A DNA stretch of 64,000 bases from contig CAWDLS010000002.1 of NCBI GenBank assembly GCA_963803275.1, positions 99,905-163,904 of the forward strand. Direction: 5' to 3'. Origin of the DNA: an uncultured Gammaproteobacteria bacterium (GTDB lineage: Bacteria > Pseudomonadota > Gammaproteobacteria > UBA9214). This document shows, piece after piece, positions 30,944-40,631 of this stretch. Below the pieces are notes generated by a model, which had not been told where the DNA came from, ran no database searches, and was given only the letters and a program-made list of their open reading frames with translations. The position numbers and the translations under genes are program-made. Numbering within the stretch: the stretch's first letter is position 1; every line of letters starts with the position of its first letter.

Positions 30944-32506
30944 TCACACCGTTTGATCGACAAGGTCCGCAAGCGCTCCCAGATGACGCTGGTAATTCCG
31001 CCATCGGCCCACCGATTTATCGTGGACTGGACGGCGCACATCATCATAGCTAGGCGTGCTCACGACCCGCACATTTTCGTGAAAGTGCAGGCACTGTTCG
31101 TTCCATGCGAGACCGCAGAACTCAACCAGCTTGCGGGCGCCGTGCTCGATTTCGCCAACCAGATCCTCGTAACGCACCTCGTACAGGGGTACACGGATGA
31201 TGGTTTTCCAATGCGCCATCAGCGCCTGGTACTGGCGGTAGTAGTCAGCCAGGGCATCCGTGTCATTTGTATAGGGATGATTCGCCGTCATCTGCTGGAA
31301 CCAGATCGAGAGGCAGGTGTCACGCGGGTCGCGTACACAGTGAACGACCCGGCAACCCGGAAACAGCAGATCGATATATCCCAGCGCCAGGAAGTTGTGT
31401 GGCATTTTGTCGATGATCCGCATCGCAGCGGGCGCGAGCCGCGAAACCGTGTCGATGTAGCCCTGCGAAGCAAGGTCGAGAGCAGACACAGTTAGCCGCC
31501 CGAGACCCTCCGGCGTGGACACAGGACCTCCCAAAGCATGCACGATCCGGGCGATATCGTTCCGCTCTCCAGCACCGTACACGTCCGGGTGACTGGCCAG
31601 TATCTGTTCAACCAGGGTCGTACCCGAACGCGGCATGCCGACGACGAAAACTGGGAGCACGGTTTTGATGCTACTGCGGGAAAGTTGCGGATGACGTGCG
31701 GATGAAAAGGCCGCGGTAATGCCGTAAAAGGTATTCCGGGTCTGCTCCGGATCGTAGTGATAATTCAGCAACCCGTTACCTGCCCTGTAATGTTCAAAGG
31801 CCCGGTCATAATCGCACAGGTTGTCATAGAGCTTGCCGAGCGCGAAGTGGATATCGCTTCGAAGCGATTCTGCCATCGGGGTGGCAACGAGTTCTTCGAG
31901 TAGCGTGGCCGCCGCGGATTCATCTCCGGTGTGCTTCGCCAGCACTGCATTGGCAAGCGCGACTACCGGAGCGACGGGCCGCTTGGCAAGCGGTCTTTCC
32001 AAAATGTCCATGGCCTGCCGATGGTCGCCTTCGTACTCGTAACTGAGCGCCAGCATGGCGCAGGCGTCCGGGTGTTCCGGCTGCCGCGACAGGATGACGC
32101 GTAACTGGGTACGCGCCTCCAGGTATCGCCCGGCCGCACTCAACAGACGGCCAAGGCAGACGCGGGCTGGAGTTCGTTCCGGGTCAAGCGCAACGGCTTC
32201 ACGGTACACCGTTTCGGCACTTCCGGACTGTGATAGCGATTCGAAACGATGTCCGGCTTGAATCAGTGCGTGGTAGAGGTGTCCGGCGACAGTCGGGTTG
32301 TTGGGCACGAGTGCGCGCGCCTTGCGCAGTGGCTCCACGGACATGATCGGCCGCCCGAGCGCGAGCAGGGCGGACCCGAGCAGTAACCAGCAGTGCGGAT
32401 TACCGGGATCCTCGACAGTCTGATGCTCAGCGGCACGCCAGGCCTCTTCGTTGCGACATGCTCGCAACAGATCCTGTATCCGCTCTAATGGGTCTGCCAC
32501 TATCAT
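30944..32506 (-). CDS. TPR-repeat + sulfotransferase-domain protein
   Basis: FVVGMPRSGTTLVEQILASHPDVYGAGE ... VHCVRDPRDTCLS; ATG 32506 overlaps upstream TGA (TGATG junction). Confidence 0.7.
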   Translation of the reverse strand: MIVADPLERIQDLLRACRNEEAWRAAEHQTVEDPGNPHCWLLLGSALLALGRPIMSVEPLRKARALVPNNPTVAGHLYHALIQAGHRFESLSQSGSAETVYREAVALDPERTPARVCLGRLLSAAGRYLEARTQLRVILSRQPEHPDACAMLALSYEYEGDHRQAMDILERPLAKRPVAPVVALANAVLAKHTGDESAAATLLEELVATPMAESLRSDIHFALGKLYDNLCDYDRAFEHYRAGNGLLNYHYDPEQTRNTFYGITAAFSSARHPQLSRSSIKTVLPVFVVGMPRSGTTLVEQILASHPDVYGAGERNDIARIVHALGGPVSTPEGLGRLTVSALDLASQGYIDTVSRLAPAAMRIIDKMPHNFLALGYIDLLFPGCRVVHCVRDPRDTCLSIWFQQMTANHPYTNDTDALADYYRQYQALMAHWKTIIRVPLYEVRYEDLVGEIEHGARKLVEFCGLAWNEQCLHFHENVRVVSTPSYDDVRRPVHDKSVGRWRNYQRHLGALADLVDQTV

Positions 32507-34680
32507 CAACCCGGGTTCTTGCACCACAGCCGCCATGCCTGACGATAGCGGCTTTCAAGGCGCATGCAAAACCCCTCCCCATCCATGAGCGGCGACGTTC
32601 GCATGCGATTGCGTAATGACTCGTGCAATGTCGCGAGGAGCGAACCGTCGTTCGCAAGGTCAATCGCGCCAGCCTCGTATTCGCCGAGGCTGGCTGCTGC
32701 AAACTCCGACAGTCCAACCTGGTGTAACAGACTCAGCCCGACCCGGCCGGCATGGGCCGGGCCAGCAAGCGTCATGACAGGCACACCCATCCAGAGCGCT
32801 TCGCAGGTCGTGGTGGTGCCATTGTATGGAAACGTGTCGAGTGCGATGTCCATGCGCTGATAACAGGCAAGATGCTCTGCGGTGGACGCGATGTACGGAA
32901 GCAGCACGAGACGGGTAGCCTCTACCCCATGGTCGCCGAATCGTACGGCTATCCGCTCACGCACCCTGACATCGGCAAGCGCCGCTCCCTTGAGGAGCAG
33001 GCGGCTACCGGGTACCGATCGCAGGATCGTGGACCAGCTAGTGACGACCGAATCGTTCACCTTGGCAAGATTATTGAGCGAACCGAAGGTCACGAAGCCA
33101 TTGTGTAAGTGGGGTGGTGGACCGCAATCCGGTGTTTTCGTAGGTGGCGAATAACAAAGGAATCCGTCGGGAATTCGCAGCAGTGTTTCGGTCGCGCGGT
33201 CATCCGCTTCAACGGCAGGATCGGCCCATTCGTCAGTCAGGCGATAGTCCATGGCCGGGAGCCCAGTTGTATCCGGGTAACCGAGCCAGCTCATCTGCAC
33301 GGGGGCGGGGCGGTACATGAATGCACCCAGACGATTGCCACTGGTGTGCCCGGAAAGATCCACCAGTATATCAATCCCGTCCGCAGCGATTAGTGTGGAG
33401 AGATCGCGATCGCTCAATGTAAAAACATCACGCCAGAGGTCCGCCGCTTCGCGCAGCGTGCTGGTCGTGGCATCGTGTCGTTCGGGTCTAAGATTTGAGT
33501 AGCAGTAGACAAGGTGATGCGCCTGATCACGGTGGGTGAGCACCGGTTCGATGAAATGCGCGACGGAATGCAGCCTGAAGTCGCATGATACGTAGCCTAT
33601 TCGCAACACACGTTCCGGGTCGGGCTCATTCGCGTGCCGTATCCTTTCGTCCGGCACGGTGCCATAACTCTCACCCCAGACTCGATGCGCATCGTAGAGT
33701 TCCTGTGGTGAAATCTTGTCGGAGTAATGCAGGTCCATTAGCAGGTGTTGCTGCATTTCCGTGTTTGTGGGGTCGAGTTCGACTGCTCTCCGGTCGTGCT
33801 GCAACATCGCTCCGATCCGGCCTTCGTCAAGGAAGAGACCGGACAGGCTGGCATGCGCGCGTGCATTGCGTTCATCCGCATCGAGAAGCAACTGAAGATC
33901 GCTGGCCGCATCGGTCAGTCGACCCGTGTGGCGGAGTATCATCGCGCGTCCGAAACGCGCCTCGACATGACCGGGGTCAGCGGCAAGACATGCCTCGAAG
34001 CCGCGCAGTGCCTCTTCATGACGGCCCAGCTCGGACAAGATGAACCCCAGTTGATAGCGGAGATCTGCCTGCGAGGGCAGCTGCGCGAGGCCCTGTTCAG
34101 TAACCGCCAATCCCTGGGTGAGTTCATCCCGGTCGATCAGCGACCTGGACCAATCCAGATAAGTACCGGCCATCTTCGGGTGAGCGGCAACCAGTTGTCG
34201 GTAGCAGGACTCCGCCGCGCCATATTGTCCCAGCCGTTGGTATGCCGACGCGATGTTATTGATGGCCTGGAGCTGGCTCGGGGCGATAGCGAGAGTCTCC
34301 TGGTAGAGGCTTATCGCCAGCTCGGGTCTGCCTTGTTGAAGAACACTGTCGGCCAGGGCGGTAATGATCTCTGCATTGCCGGGCTGGAGTGACCTTGCGC
34401 GGCGCAGGATTTCTTCGGCCTCGGCTGCCCGTTCCTGACGCAGCAGCGCAATACCGAGATTGTAAAGAATTACATATTGATCAGGCGCGAGTGTCAGTGC
34501 TTTGCGACAGCATTTCTCGGCCTCGCCAAAAGCGCCGAGTGCACCATGGACGGCGCCAACCAGGAACCAGAGCTCGGGATCCCCGGGAATTTTATTACAT
34601 AACGCAGAACCCAGCGCAAGCGCCTCGGAAAATCGGCCCAGGCGGCACAACTCCCTAAGTTCGGTCTTCCTATCCGGCAT
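32506..34680 (-). CDS. TPR-repeat + GT41 (O-GlcNAc-transferase-like) glycosyltransferase
   Basis: About 10 TPRs followed by RIGYVSCDFRLHSVAHFIEPVL ... VDLSGHTSGNRLGAFMYRPAPVQMSWLGYPDTTG ... FGSLNNLAKV ... LLLKG, the signature of bacterial OGT/SPINDLY-type GT41 enzymes. Confidence 0.7.
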   Translation of the reverse strand: MPDRKTELRELCRLGRFSEALALGSALCNKIPGDPELWFLVGAVHGALGAFGEAEKCCRKALTLAPDQYVILYNLGIALLRQERAAEAEEILRRARSLQPGNAEIITALADSVLQQGRPELAISLYQETLAIAPSQLQAINNIASAYQRLGQYGAAESCYRQLVAAHPKMAGTYLDWSRSLIDRDELTQGLAVTEQGLAQLPSQADLRYQLGFILSELGRHEEALRGFEACLAADPGHVEARFGRAMILRHTGRLTDAASDLQLLLDADERNARAHASLSGLFLDEGRIGAMLQHDRRAVELDPTNTEMQQHLLMDLHYSDKISPQELYDAHRVWGESYGTVPDERIRHANEPDPERVLRIGYVSCDFRLHSVAHFIEPVLTHRDQAHHLVYCYSNLRPERHDATTSTLREAADLWRDVFTLSDRDLSTLIAADGIDILVDLSGHTSGNRLGAFMYRPAPVQMSWLGYPDTTGLPAMDYRLTDEWADPAVEADDRATETLLRIPDGFLCYSPPTKTPDCGPPPHLHNGFVTFGSLNNLAKVNDSVVTSWSTILRSVPGSRLLLKGAALADVRVRERIAVRFGDHGVEATRLVLLPYIASTAEHLACYQRMDIALDTFPYNGTTTTCEALWMGVPVMTLAGPAHAGRVGLSLLHQVGLSEFAAASLGEYEAGAIDLANDGSLLATLHESLRNRMRTSPLMDGEGFCMRLESRYRQAWRLWCKNPG

Positions 34681-35416
34681 AACCGTGCCGGGCCAACCAG
34701 TTACTGGTCAGTGCCGCAAGCCGTGCCTGCTCGACGGGCTTGAGTAGCGTCCGCCACTCACCGCCCACGCTATCGCTCACATGTCCGCCCTGAAATCCGG
34801 TAACTTCGTCGTAATGGCGGACGCTGCCATCGGCGTTGCGCTGCACGGGACCCGGTATTCGCCCCCCGCCGTCCGATTCAGTGTCGCCGAGTTCCGCAAC
34901 ATAGCTGCGCACCTTCTCCCGCGCATATTCGCTTGCTATCAGCGCAACCTGTTCGGGCGACACTGGAAGATCGATGAAAGACGCGATGCGTGTGATCGTT
35001 TCCACCGGCCGCTGCATGATGTTTTCGTATCGCACGTCGAGCATATCGAACGGGGACTCGACGAGATAGTAATCCACGAGCGCCAGGGACTCGCTGAAAC
35101 CTTCAATCGCTGCTTCGAAATTGCAGCGGGTGAAGCGCATGTATGAGAGCAGCGCATCACGCGCATCGCGCAAGTTGCACAGTATCTTGAGGCCGGGAAG
35201 TGTACCTTCGTAGCGGGCATGCACCTTGATACAAATTAGGTCGGTCGAGGCCACTCCATGGCGGATGGCGAGCCGGAACGACGGAATCGGGTCTGGAGGA
35301 ATATGCACAGGCCAAGGTGTATGGCCCGACAGGCGGATCAACCGGCGCGCAACGTTGTAGGTCCACATGGAGCCCGTGCGTGGCATGCCTGCGACGATCA
35401 CGATGGGTTTAATCAT
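34670..35416 (-). CDS. sulfotransferase-domain protein (no TPR)
   Basis: MIKPIVIVAGMPRTGSMWTYNV ... CNLRDARDALLS; start ATG 35416 lies 8 nt after upstream stop. Confidence 0.6.
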   Translation of the reverse strand: MIKPIVIVAGMPRTGSMWTYNVARRLIRLSGHTPWPVHIPPDPIPSFRLAIRHGVASTDLICIKVHARYEGTLPGLKILCNLRDARDALLSYMRFTRCNFEAAIEGFSESLALVDYYLVESPFDMLDVRYENIMQRPVETITRIASFIDLPVSPEQVALIASEYAREKVRSYVAELGDTESDGGGRIPGPVQRNADGSVRHYDEVTGFQGGHVSDSVGGEWRTLLKPVEQARLAALTSNWLARHGYAG

Positions 35417-35423
35417 ATCAGGA

Positions 35424-37523
35424 TCAACCGGATTCTGTCGGGACAGGTGTGATCGCCAGGGCATCGAACAACGGCTGCAGATATTTCTCGTAATTTCTCC
35501 ACCGCTGCACAGAGTGCCTGTAGATCGGCTGGCGGACCTGGGCGTAGCTCGCCGTCTTAGCTTTCCGGCCGGACTCGTAAAAACGCAGACAGCGCTCGTC
35601 CCAGGGCAGGCTGCAGTGCTCGAGCAGCGCGCGGCTGCCCGCCTCGGGATCGTCGACCAGGGACTCGTACCGTGTCTCGAACATCGGCACCCCCAGCGTA
35701 TCGCGAAAATGGGTCATCATCCTCTGGTACTGGCGATAATGCTGGCCCAGGTGTGTCAGATCATAGGCATAGTTGTGATAGCTCGCGAAGTCCTGGAAAT
35801 AGCAGGACAGGCAGACATCGGCGGGGTCACGCAGGCAGTGGATAATGGGCGCATCCGGGAACAGGCGATGTAGCAAGCCGAGAAACTGGAAGTTGTGTGG
35901 CATCTTGTCGGTCACGAAGCGGGCACCCGGGGCCAGAGTGCGCAACTCATCAAGGTAGGCCCTGGCCATGTCCTCGCAGTCGGCCTGCGTCAGATGAGGC
36001 AGGTAATCCGGATAGCCGAGGGTGCATCCGGCACAGGCGCGTGCTGTGCCGGCGATACGCGCGATGAAGGGCAATTCGTCACCCGCATGGACCTCGGGGT
36101 GACTGGCCAGGATCTGCTCGACCAGCGTGGTACCCGAGCGCGGCATACCAACGATGAAGATCGGCGTCACATCTGAGGCGGGTACAGCGGACGGCAGACG
36201 GGCGAAGACCTCCGGCGACAGCACCGCGATCAGCTTGTCGACATGGCGTTCATCGTCCGCCGCGTTGTACCGGTAGCGCTTCAGCCGGTTACCCGCCTCG
36301 AAATGCCGGAAGGCCTCATCGTAGCGCTGCTGCCGGTCGTAGAGTTCGCCGACCCGGAAGTGCAGGTGGCACATTACAATTTCGTTGGACATACCGGACC
36401 GAAGACGGAACTCGATTCGCTCGATCGCCTTCTCGCACTCACCGAAATGGCGGCTCAGCCGCGCATAGGTATCGAGTGCACGCAGCCCGGCCGCGCCGGA
36501 TTCGATTACCGGTTCGAGCAGCACGTGCGCAGCCTCGAAGTCACCCAGCTTTTCCAGTATGCCCGCCCGCGCGCCCACGAGATCCAGGCCATGGTCGCCG
36601 GGCAGTACCTGCTGGTAGGCCTCAAGTGCTCCCTGTAGCAATCCAGAGCGTTCGAGGGCAAGCGCTTTGTTGTACTGTGCCTCGGGATATCCCGGATCTA
36701 GGTCAAGGCTGTCACAGAAACATTTCAGGGCCTCGTGGGTATTACCGAGATCGAGCTGTGTGAGGCCAAGATCCATCAAGGGCCCCAGCTCTCCAGGCGC
36801 CGCCTCTACGGCCTGCGCATAGGTCTGCGCCGCGGCGGCAAGCTGGCCGTATTCGTGGTAGATGGCGCCGATGTTGCGCAGCGCCTCAAGATCATTGGGG
36901 ACGCGTTGCAGCACCTGCAACCAGACCGCGAGCGCCTGCTCGTCCTGATCGCTCGCGTGCAGGGCAGTCGCAAGACCGGCGAGATAGCGCGGCTCGCCGG
37001 GCGTCATTTGGCTCGCGTGTCCATAATGACGCGCGGCCTCGGGCCAGCGGCCCAGCGCATGAAAGGCCGCGGCAAGGTTGTAGTGGACAGCGGGATCATC
37101 CGGGTTCAGCGCAACGGCCTGCTCGTAGCAGGCAATGGCCTCCCCGTGCCGATACAGCGCCGAAAGCGCCGCACCCAAGTTGCTCAGGTCTCTGGCCTCC
37201 CCCCCCGACAGGGACACGGCCTTGCGAAAACTCGTCTCGGCCTCCGCAGCGCGGCCAAGTTGCAACTGGAAATGCCCCAGGTTGCGGTAACCGGCAACGA
37301 CCGAAGGGGCCAGCATCGTCGTCTGCCGGGCGCAGCGTGCGGCGTTTTCCGGATCGTCCAGCGTTCCGTATACCACACCGAGCATGTGCCACATGTGAGG
37401 ATCGCGCGGACACTGCCGGCACAGCTGCTCATAATGCTCCACGGCCTCACTCAGTCGACCCTGCTGAAAATGTTCACGGGCATGACATTCGAGTTCGGCG
37501 ATCTGTGACGAGGACAATTCCAT
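35424..37523 (-). CDS. TPR-repeat + sulfotransferase-domain protein
   Basis: 699 aa; about 12 TPRs then IFIVGMPRSGTTLVEQILASHPEVHAGDE ... IHCLRDPADVCLS. Confidence 0.7.
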   Translation of the reverse strand: MELSSSQIAELECHAREHFQQGRLSEAVEHYEQLCRQCPRDPHMWHMLGVVYGTLDDPENAARCARQTTMLAPSVVAGYRNLGHFQLQLGRAAEAETSFRKAVSLSGGEARDLSNLGAALSALYRHGEAIACYEQAVALNPDDPAVHYNLAAAFHALGRWPEAARHYGHASQMTPGEPRYLAGLATALHASDQDEQALAVWLQVLQRVPNDLEALRNIGAIYHEYGQLAAAAQTYAQAVEAAPGELGPLMDLGLTQLDLGNTHEALKCFCDSLDLDPGYPEAQYNKALALERSGLLQGALEAYQQVLPGDHGLDLVGARAGILEKLGDFEAAHVLLEPVIESGAAGLRALDTYARLSRHFGECEKAIERIEFRLRSGMSNEIVMCHLHFRVGELYDRQQRYDEAFRHFEAGNRLKRYRYNAADDERHVDKLIAVLSPEVFARLPSAVPASDVTPIFIVGMPRSGTTLVEQILASHPEVHAGDELPFIARIAGTARACAGCTLGYPDYLPHLTQADCEDMARAYLDELRTLAPGARFVTDKMPHNFQFLGLLHRLFPDAPIIHCLRDPADVCLSCYFQDFASYHNYAYDLTHLGQHYRQYQRMMTHFRDTLGVPMFETRYESLVDDPEAGSRALLEHCSLPWDERCLRFYESGRKAKTASYAQVRQPIYRHSVQRWRNYEKYLQPLFDALAITPVPTESG

Positions 37524-37656
37524 CGTGAAATACGACTCTAGGTCCGGTTTATTGGGGTTTCGAATTCCAAGAACCTGTATCGGTGGCTGCGGGACGAGTT
37601 GTGCCCTGGTTTGCGATTGACGGGTTATAGGCTAACTCCCTTAGCCTGAAAAAAGA

Positions 37657-37681
37657 AAGGGGCGCCGCAGCGCCCCTTTCC
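37657..37681 (-). terminator. rho-independent terminator for the PEP-CTERM gene (GAAAGGGGCGCTGCGGCGCCCCTTTC + T-run on minus strand)
   Basis: Perfect 10-bp GC stem with 4-nt loop, followed on the minus strand by TTTTTT (37650-37656). Confidence 0.6.
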
Positions 37682-37737
37682 CTGTTTGCCTCAGAGCGAT
37701 TACAGGGGAATCGCCTGAAAGAGCCTGGTGAAATGCC

Positions 37738-38523
37738 TCAGCTCATTTTCTTGCGACGGGCAACACCCACCAGACCGAGCAGGCCGGAGCCGAACAGCCA
37801 GACTGCGGCCGGGATCGGGACAGCAGGTGCGGTTACGTTTGTGACATGGATGGAGGTAATGTCGAAATTGGCACTGAAGCCCGGGAATGGACCGTTGTCC
37901 ATCGGATCACCACCAATACCATCGTCACCGATGATGAAAGCGCCACCGTTATGGAAATCAGTGTCAAACGATGTCGTAGCCATCGGGGCTGGACCGATCG
38001 GGAACTTGCCCTTGTTGATGCCATTACTGGCCGGGGTCGCACCCACACCGGAAATGGTGTCGCTGGTACTGACCGCACCAGCACCGAAGAAACCGGCGGC
38101 GTCGAGAATGATACCCACGTTAATGTTGGTGCTCGTGGCCCAGTCGAACAGCATCTTGCCTGCCACCAGCGTGCCGCTACCACCCATCCCGTCGCCGATA
38201 GCCTGCATCACAATGTCGTGGGCGCTCGCCTTACCCTTGTTGAAGAACTCAAACGGGTTCACGACTGCGGAACCAGCACCCGTGCTGGTATTGAAGCTGA
38301 AGGTACCGCTGATCTGAGTGCGCAGACCGTAACCCCAGGTGGCATCGCCATAGTACGGATAGCTGGTGTTCTGCAGTTGAACACCGGCCGGATCCAGAAT
38401 GGTGAACAGGCCGGACCAGGACGCATCAATGACTGCTGCACTGGCGCTGGTCGGCATTGTAGCCACACTGATCCCCAGAGAAACGGCAACAGCAGATGCT
38501 AGAGCAGTTTTCTTCAAGTTCAT
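37738..38523 (-). CDS. PEP-CTERM sorting-domain surface protein (paralog B)
   Basis: Signal peptide MNLKKTALASAVAVSLGISVATMPTSASA; body about 60% identical to 13981-14763; C-terminal VPIPAAVWLFGSGLLGLVGVARRKKMS; GGAG RBS 7 nt before ATG 38523. Confidence 0.75.
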   Translation of the reverse strand: MNLKKTALASAVAVSLGISVATMPTSASAAVIDASWSGLFTILDPAGVQLQNTSYPYYGDATWGYGLRTQISGTFSFNTSTGAGSAVVNPFEFFNKGKASAHDIVMQAIGDGMGGSGTLVAGKMLFDWATSTNINVGIILDAAGFFGAGAVSTSDTISGVGATPASNGINKGKFPIGPAPMATTSFDTDFHNGGAFIIGDDGIGGDPMDNGPFPGFSANFDITSIHVTNVTAPAVPIPAAVWLFGSGLLGLVGVARRKKMS

Positions 38524-38670
38524 GATTGACTCCAAATAATTTGTTAAATATCGATATTAACATTCAATTTTATTGTTAACCGTTAGTTGTTGTCAGTACC
38601 TAAATAGCTCCGCGAGCACTGACAGTGAACCGAACCGGCATGACAATAGCTGCACAGGCACCATTATTGT

Positions 38671-38686
38671 TGCAACTAGCGGGCCA
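38671..38686 (-). promoter_or_regulatory. candidate sigma-54 (-24/-12) promoter TGGCCC-GCTAG-TTGCA upstream of PEP-CTERM paralog B
   Basis: Minus-strand reading of 38686-38671 gives TGGCCCGCTAGTTGCA: GG and GC at the canonical 12-nt offset with a TTGCA -12 box; about 150 bp upstream of the start codon in a 716-bp AT-rich intergenic region. Confidence 0.35.
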
Positions 38687-39251
38687 AATTTTATTATTTA
38701 AGGAATAACAGTGTTATAAATATTCGCCCGTTCATAACACTATGGCTGTTGCGCCGGATATGTAAGAATTCCCAACAGGATTATAACCATTCAGGCGCCG
38801 GTGATACCGCACGGAGATGATGTTATAAAATATCTAAAGATACAAGAGTTGCACTGAAACACAGAACAGATAAGGAGGTCCCTGGACATTTGTAAATAAT
38901 CACGACAGAATTCTCTTGCCCATCCGATGTAGCCGCAGTGCCAAGCGTCAACTGGTCAAGCACAACTGGAAAACCCGCACGTCGAAACTATGCCACATCG
39001 CTACGGATCCACAATAATATCGTGCGATACCGAAAGCTGATCAGCTTGACAAATAATCCGCCTACCAACAATCATGTGGCCGCGAAAGCTGACCGGATAG
39101 ATTTCTGCCCCTTCAAGGCATGTATTGCTTATTAATAATACAATCTGAACCGTACTCGGCGCCAGTCGTCGCGACCCGAACACCAGGATAAACGGAGGCG
39201 TTACAATAAACAACTCAAAATCCCACATTAGGGACTTCCGGAGGAGACCAA

Positions 39252-40631
39252 ATGAAGCGGCTATTCAAGCATCTGCGTAGTTTATGTGTTATCTCACTGC
39301 TTATTACACCCTTTAGCGCCTACGCGACCAACGGATACTTCCTGATCGGTTATGGCGCCAAGTCCCGGGGTATGGGTGGTGTGGGCGTAGCCTATGCACA
39401 GGATGCCCTGGCCGCGGCATTCAATCCCGCCGGCATGACGGATGCCGGTGTGAGCACCATGCGCATCGACTTCGGTATGGAGCTGTTCAACCCGCCGCGC
39501 TCGGTTATCCACAGCAGCGACACGCTCGGCTCACCGGTGTCCATAACCGACGAAAAAAGCGGCAGCAACGAGTTCCTGATACCCAGCTTCGGCGCCATCT
39601 ACAAGTTCAATCGCAAGATTTACATGGGCATGGCGGTCATCGGCAACGGGGCCAACACCCGCTATCACCAGGCCGTACCCGGTATACCCACCTGCGTCAA
39701 CGGCGACACATCCGGGGGCACCGGCAGTTACTTCTTCAACTTCAACTGTAATGCCGACAGCACCACGGTCGGCGTACAGCTCCTGCAGGCGCAGATGCTG
39801 CCAAGCATCGCCTACCAGGTGAGCAGGACCCAGTCCCTGGGCGCCTCGCTGGCCATCGGCATCCAGCAATTCCGTGCCTATGGCCTCGGTGCCTTTGAGG
39901 ATCTGGGATTCGCTGGTGCCGGTGCTACCGGCACCAGCGGTAACGGCAATGACTACTCGTATGGCCTCGGCGTACGCGTGGGTTGGCTGGGCAAGTTCCT
40001 GGACAAGAAGCTGACCCTCGGCGTCAACTATGCCTCGCGTGTCTTCATGACCCGCTTTGAGAAATATGACCAGCTGTTCGCCGAGCACGGTGACTTCGAT
40101 ATCCCCGAAAACTATTCCGTCGGACTGGCCTACAAGCTGACGCCCAAGCTGACGGTTGCCGCGGATATCATGCAGATCAATTACAGCAACGTCGCCTCGG
40201 TCGGCAACCCGGGACCGGTTGACCCTGTCGACCTCAATCCGCTCTGCCCGGGCGTCGACCCGGCGATTTGCCAGCTGGGCGGCGATCTCGGCATGGGCTT
40301 TGGCTGGACCGACTCAACGGCCTACAAGATCGGACTGAATTATGATTACAGCAAGCAGTGGAGTTTCCGCGCAGGCTACAACCACGGTGATACCACCATC
40401 AAGAAGGACCAGGTCCTGTTCAACATGCTGGCGCCGGCCACGGTGGAGGATCACGTCACGCTGGGCGCTTCTTACCGGCCGAGCAAGAATGTGGAGTGGT
40501 CTGCCAACATCATGCACGCCTTCGAAAATACCATCAGCGGCCCGACGGCCTTTGGCAACCTGCCCGGCGACGATGCATCCATCACGATGGAAATCAACAC
40601 GGTCGGCATCAGCTTTGCCTACAATTTATAA
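39252..40631 (+). CDS. FadL/OmpP1/TodX-family outer-membrane transport protein
   Basis: Signal peptide + NGYFLIGYGAKSRGMGGVGVAYAQDALAAAFNPAGM N-terminal hatch motif and beta-barrel alternation through the rest, ending ...ISFAYNL. Confidence 0.8.
   Translation: MKRLFKHLRSLCVISLLITPFSAYATNGYFLIGYGAKSRGMGGVGVAYAQDALAAAFNPAGMTDAGVSTMRIDFGMELFNPPRSVIHSSDTLGSPVSITDEKSGSNEFLIPSFGAIYKFNRKIYMGMAVIGNGANTRYHQAVPGIPTCVNGDTSGGTGSYFFNFNCNADSTTVGVQLLQAQMLPSIAYQVSRTQSLGASLAIGIQQFRAYGLGAFEDLGFAGAGATGTSGNGNDYSYGLGVRVGWLGKFLDKKLTLGVNYASRVFMTRFEKYDQLFAEHGDFDIPENYSVGLAYKLTPKLTVAADIMQINYSNVASVGNPGPVDPVDLNPLCPGVDPAICQLGGDLGMGFGWTDSTAYKIGLNYDYSKQWSFRAGYNHGDTTIKKDQVLFNMLAPATVEDHVTLGASYRPSKNVEWSANIMHAFENTISGPTAFGNLPGDDASITMEINTVGISFAYNL

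Noticed and set aside
37556-37585. tRNA-like T-arm sequence TTGGGGTTTCGAATTCCAA just downstream of the TPR-sulfotransferase start
   Set aside because: No matching acceptor stem, D-arm or anticodon arm can be built within the expected distance, and the segment partly overlaps the 5' end of the 35424-37523 coding sequence; probably fortuitous
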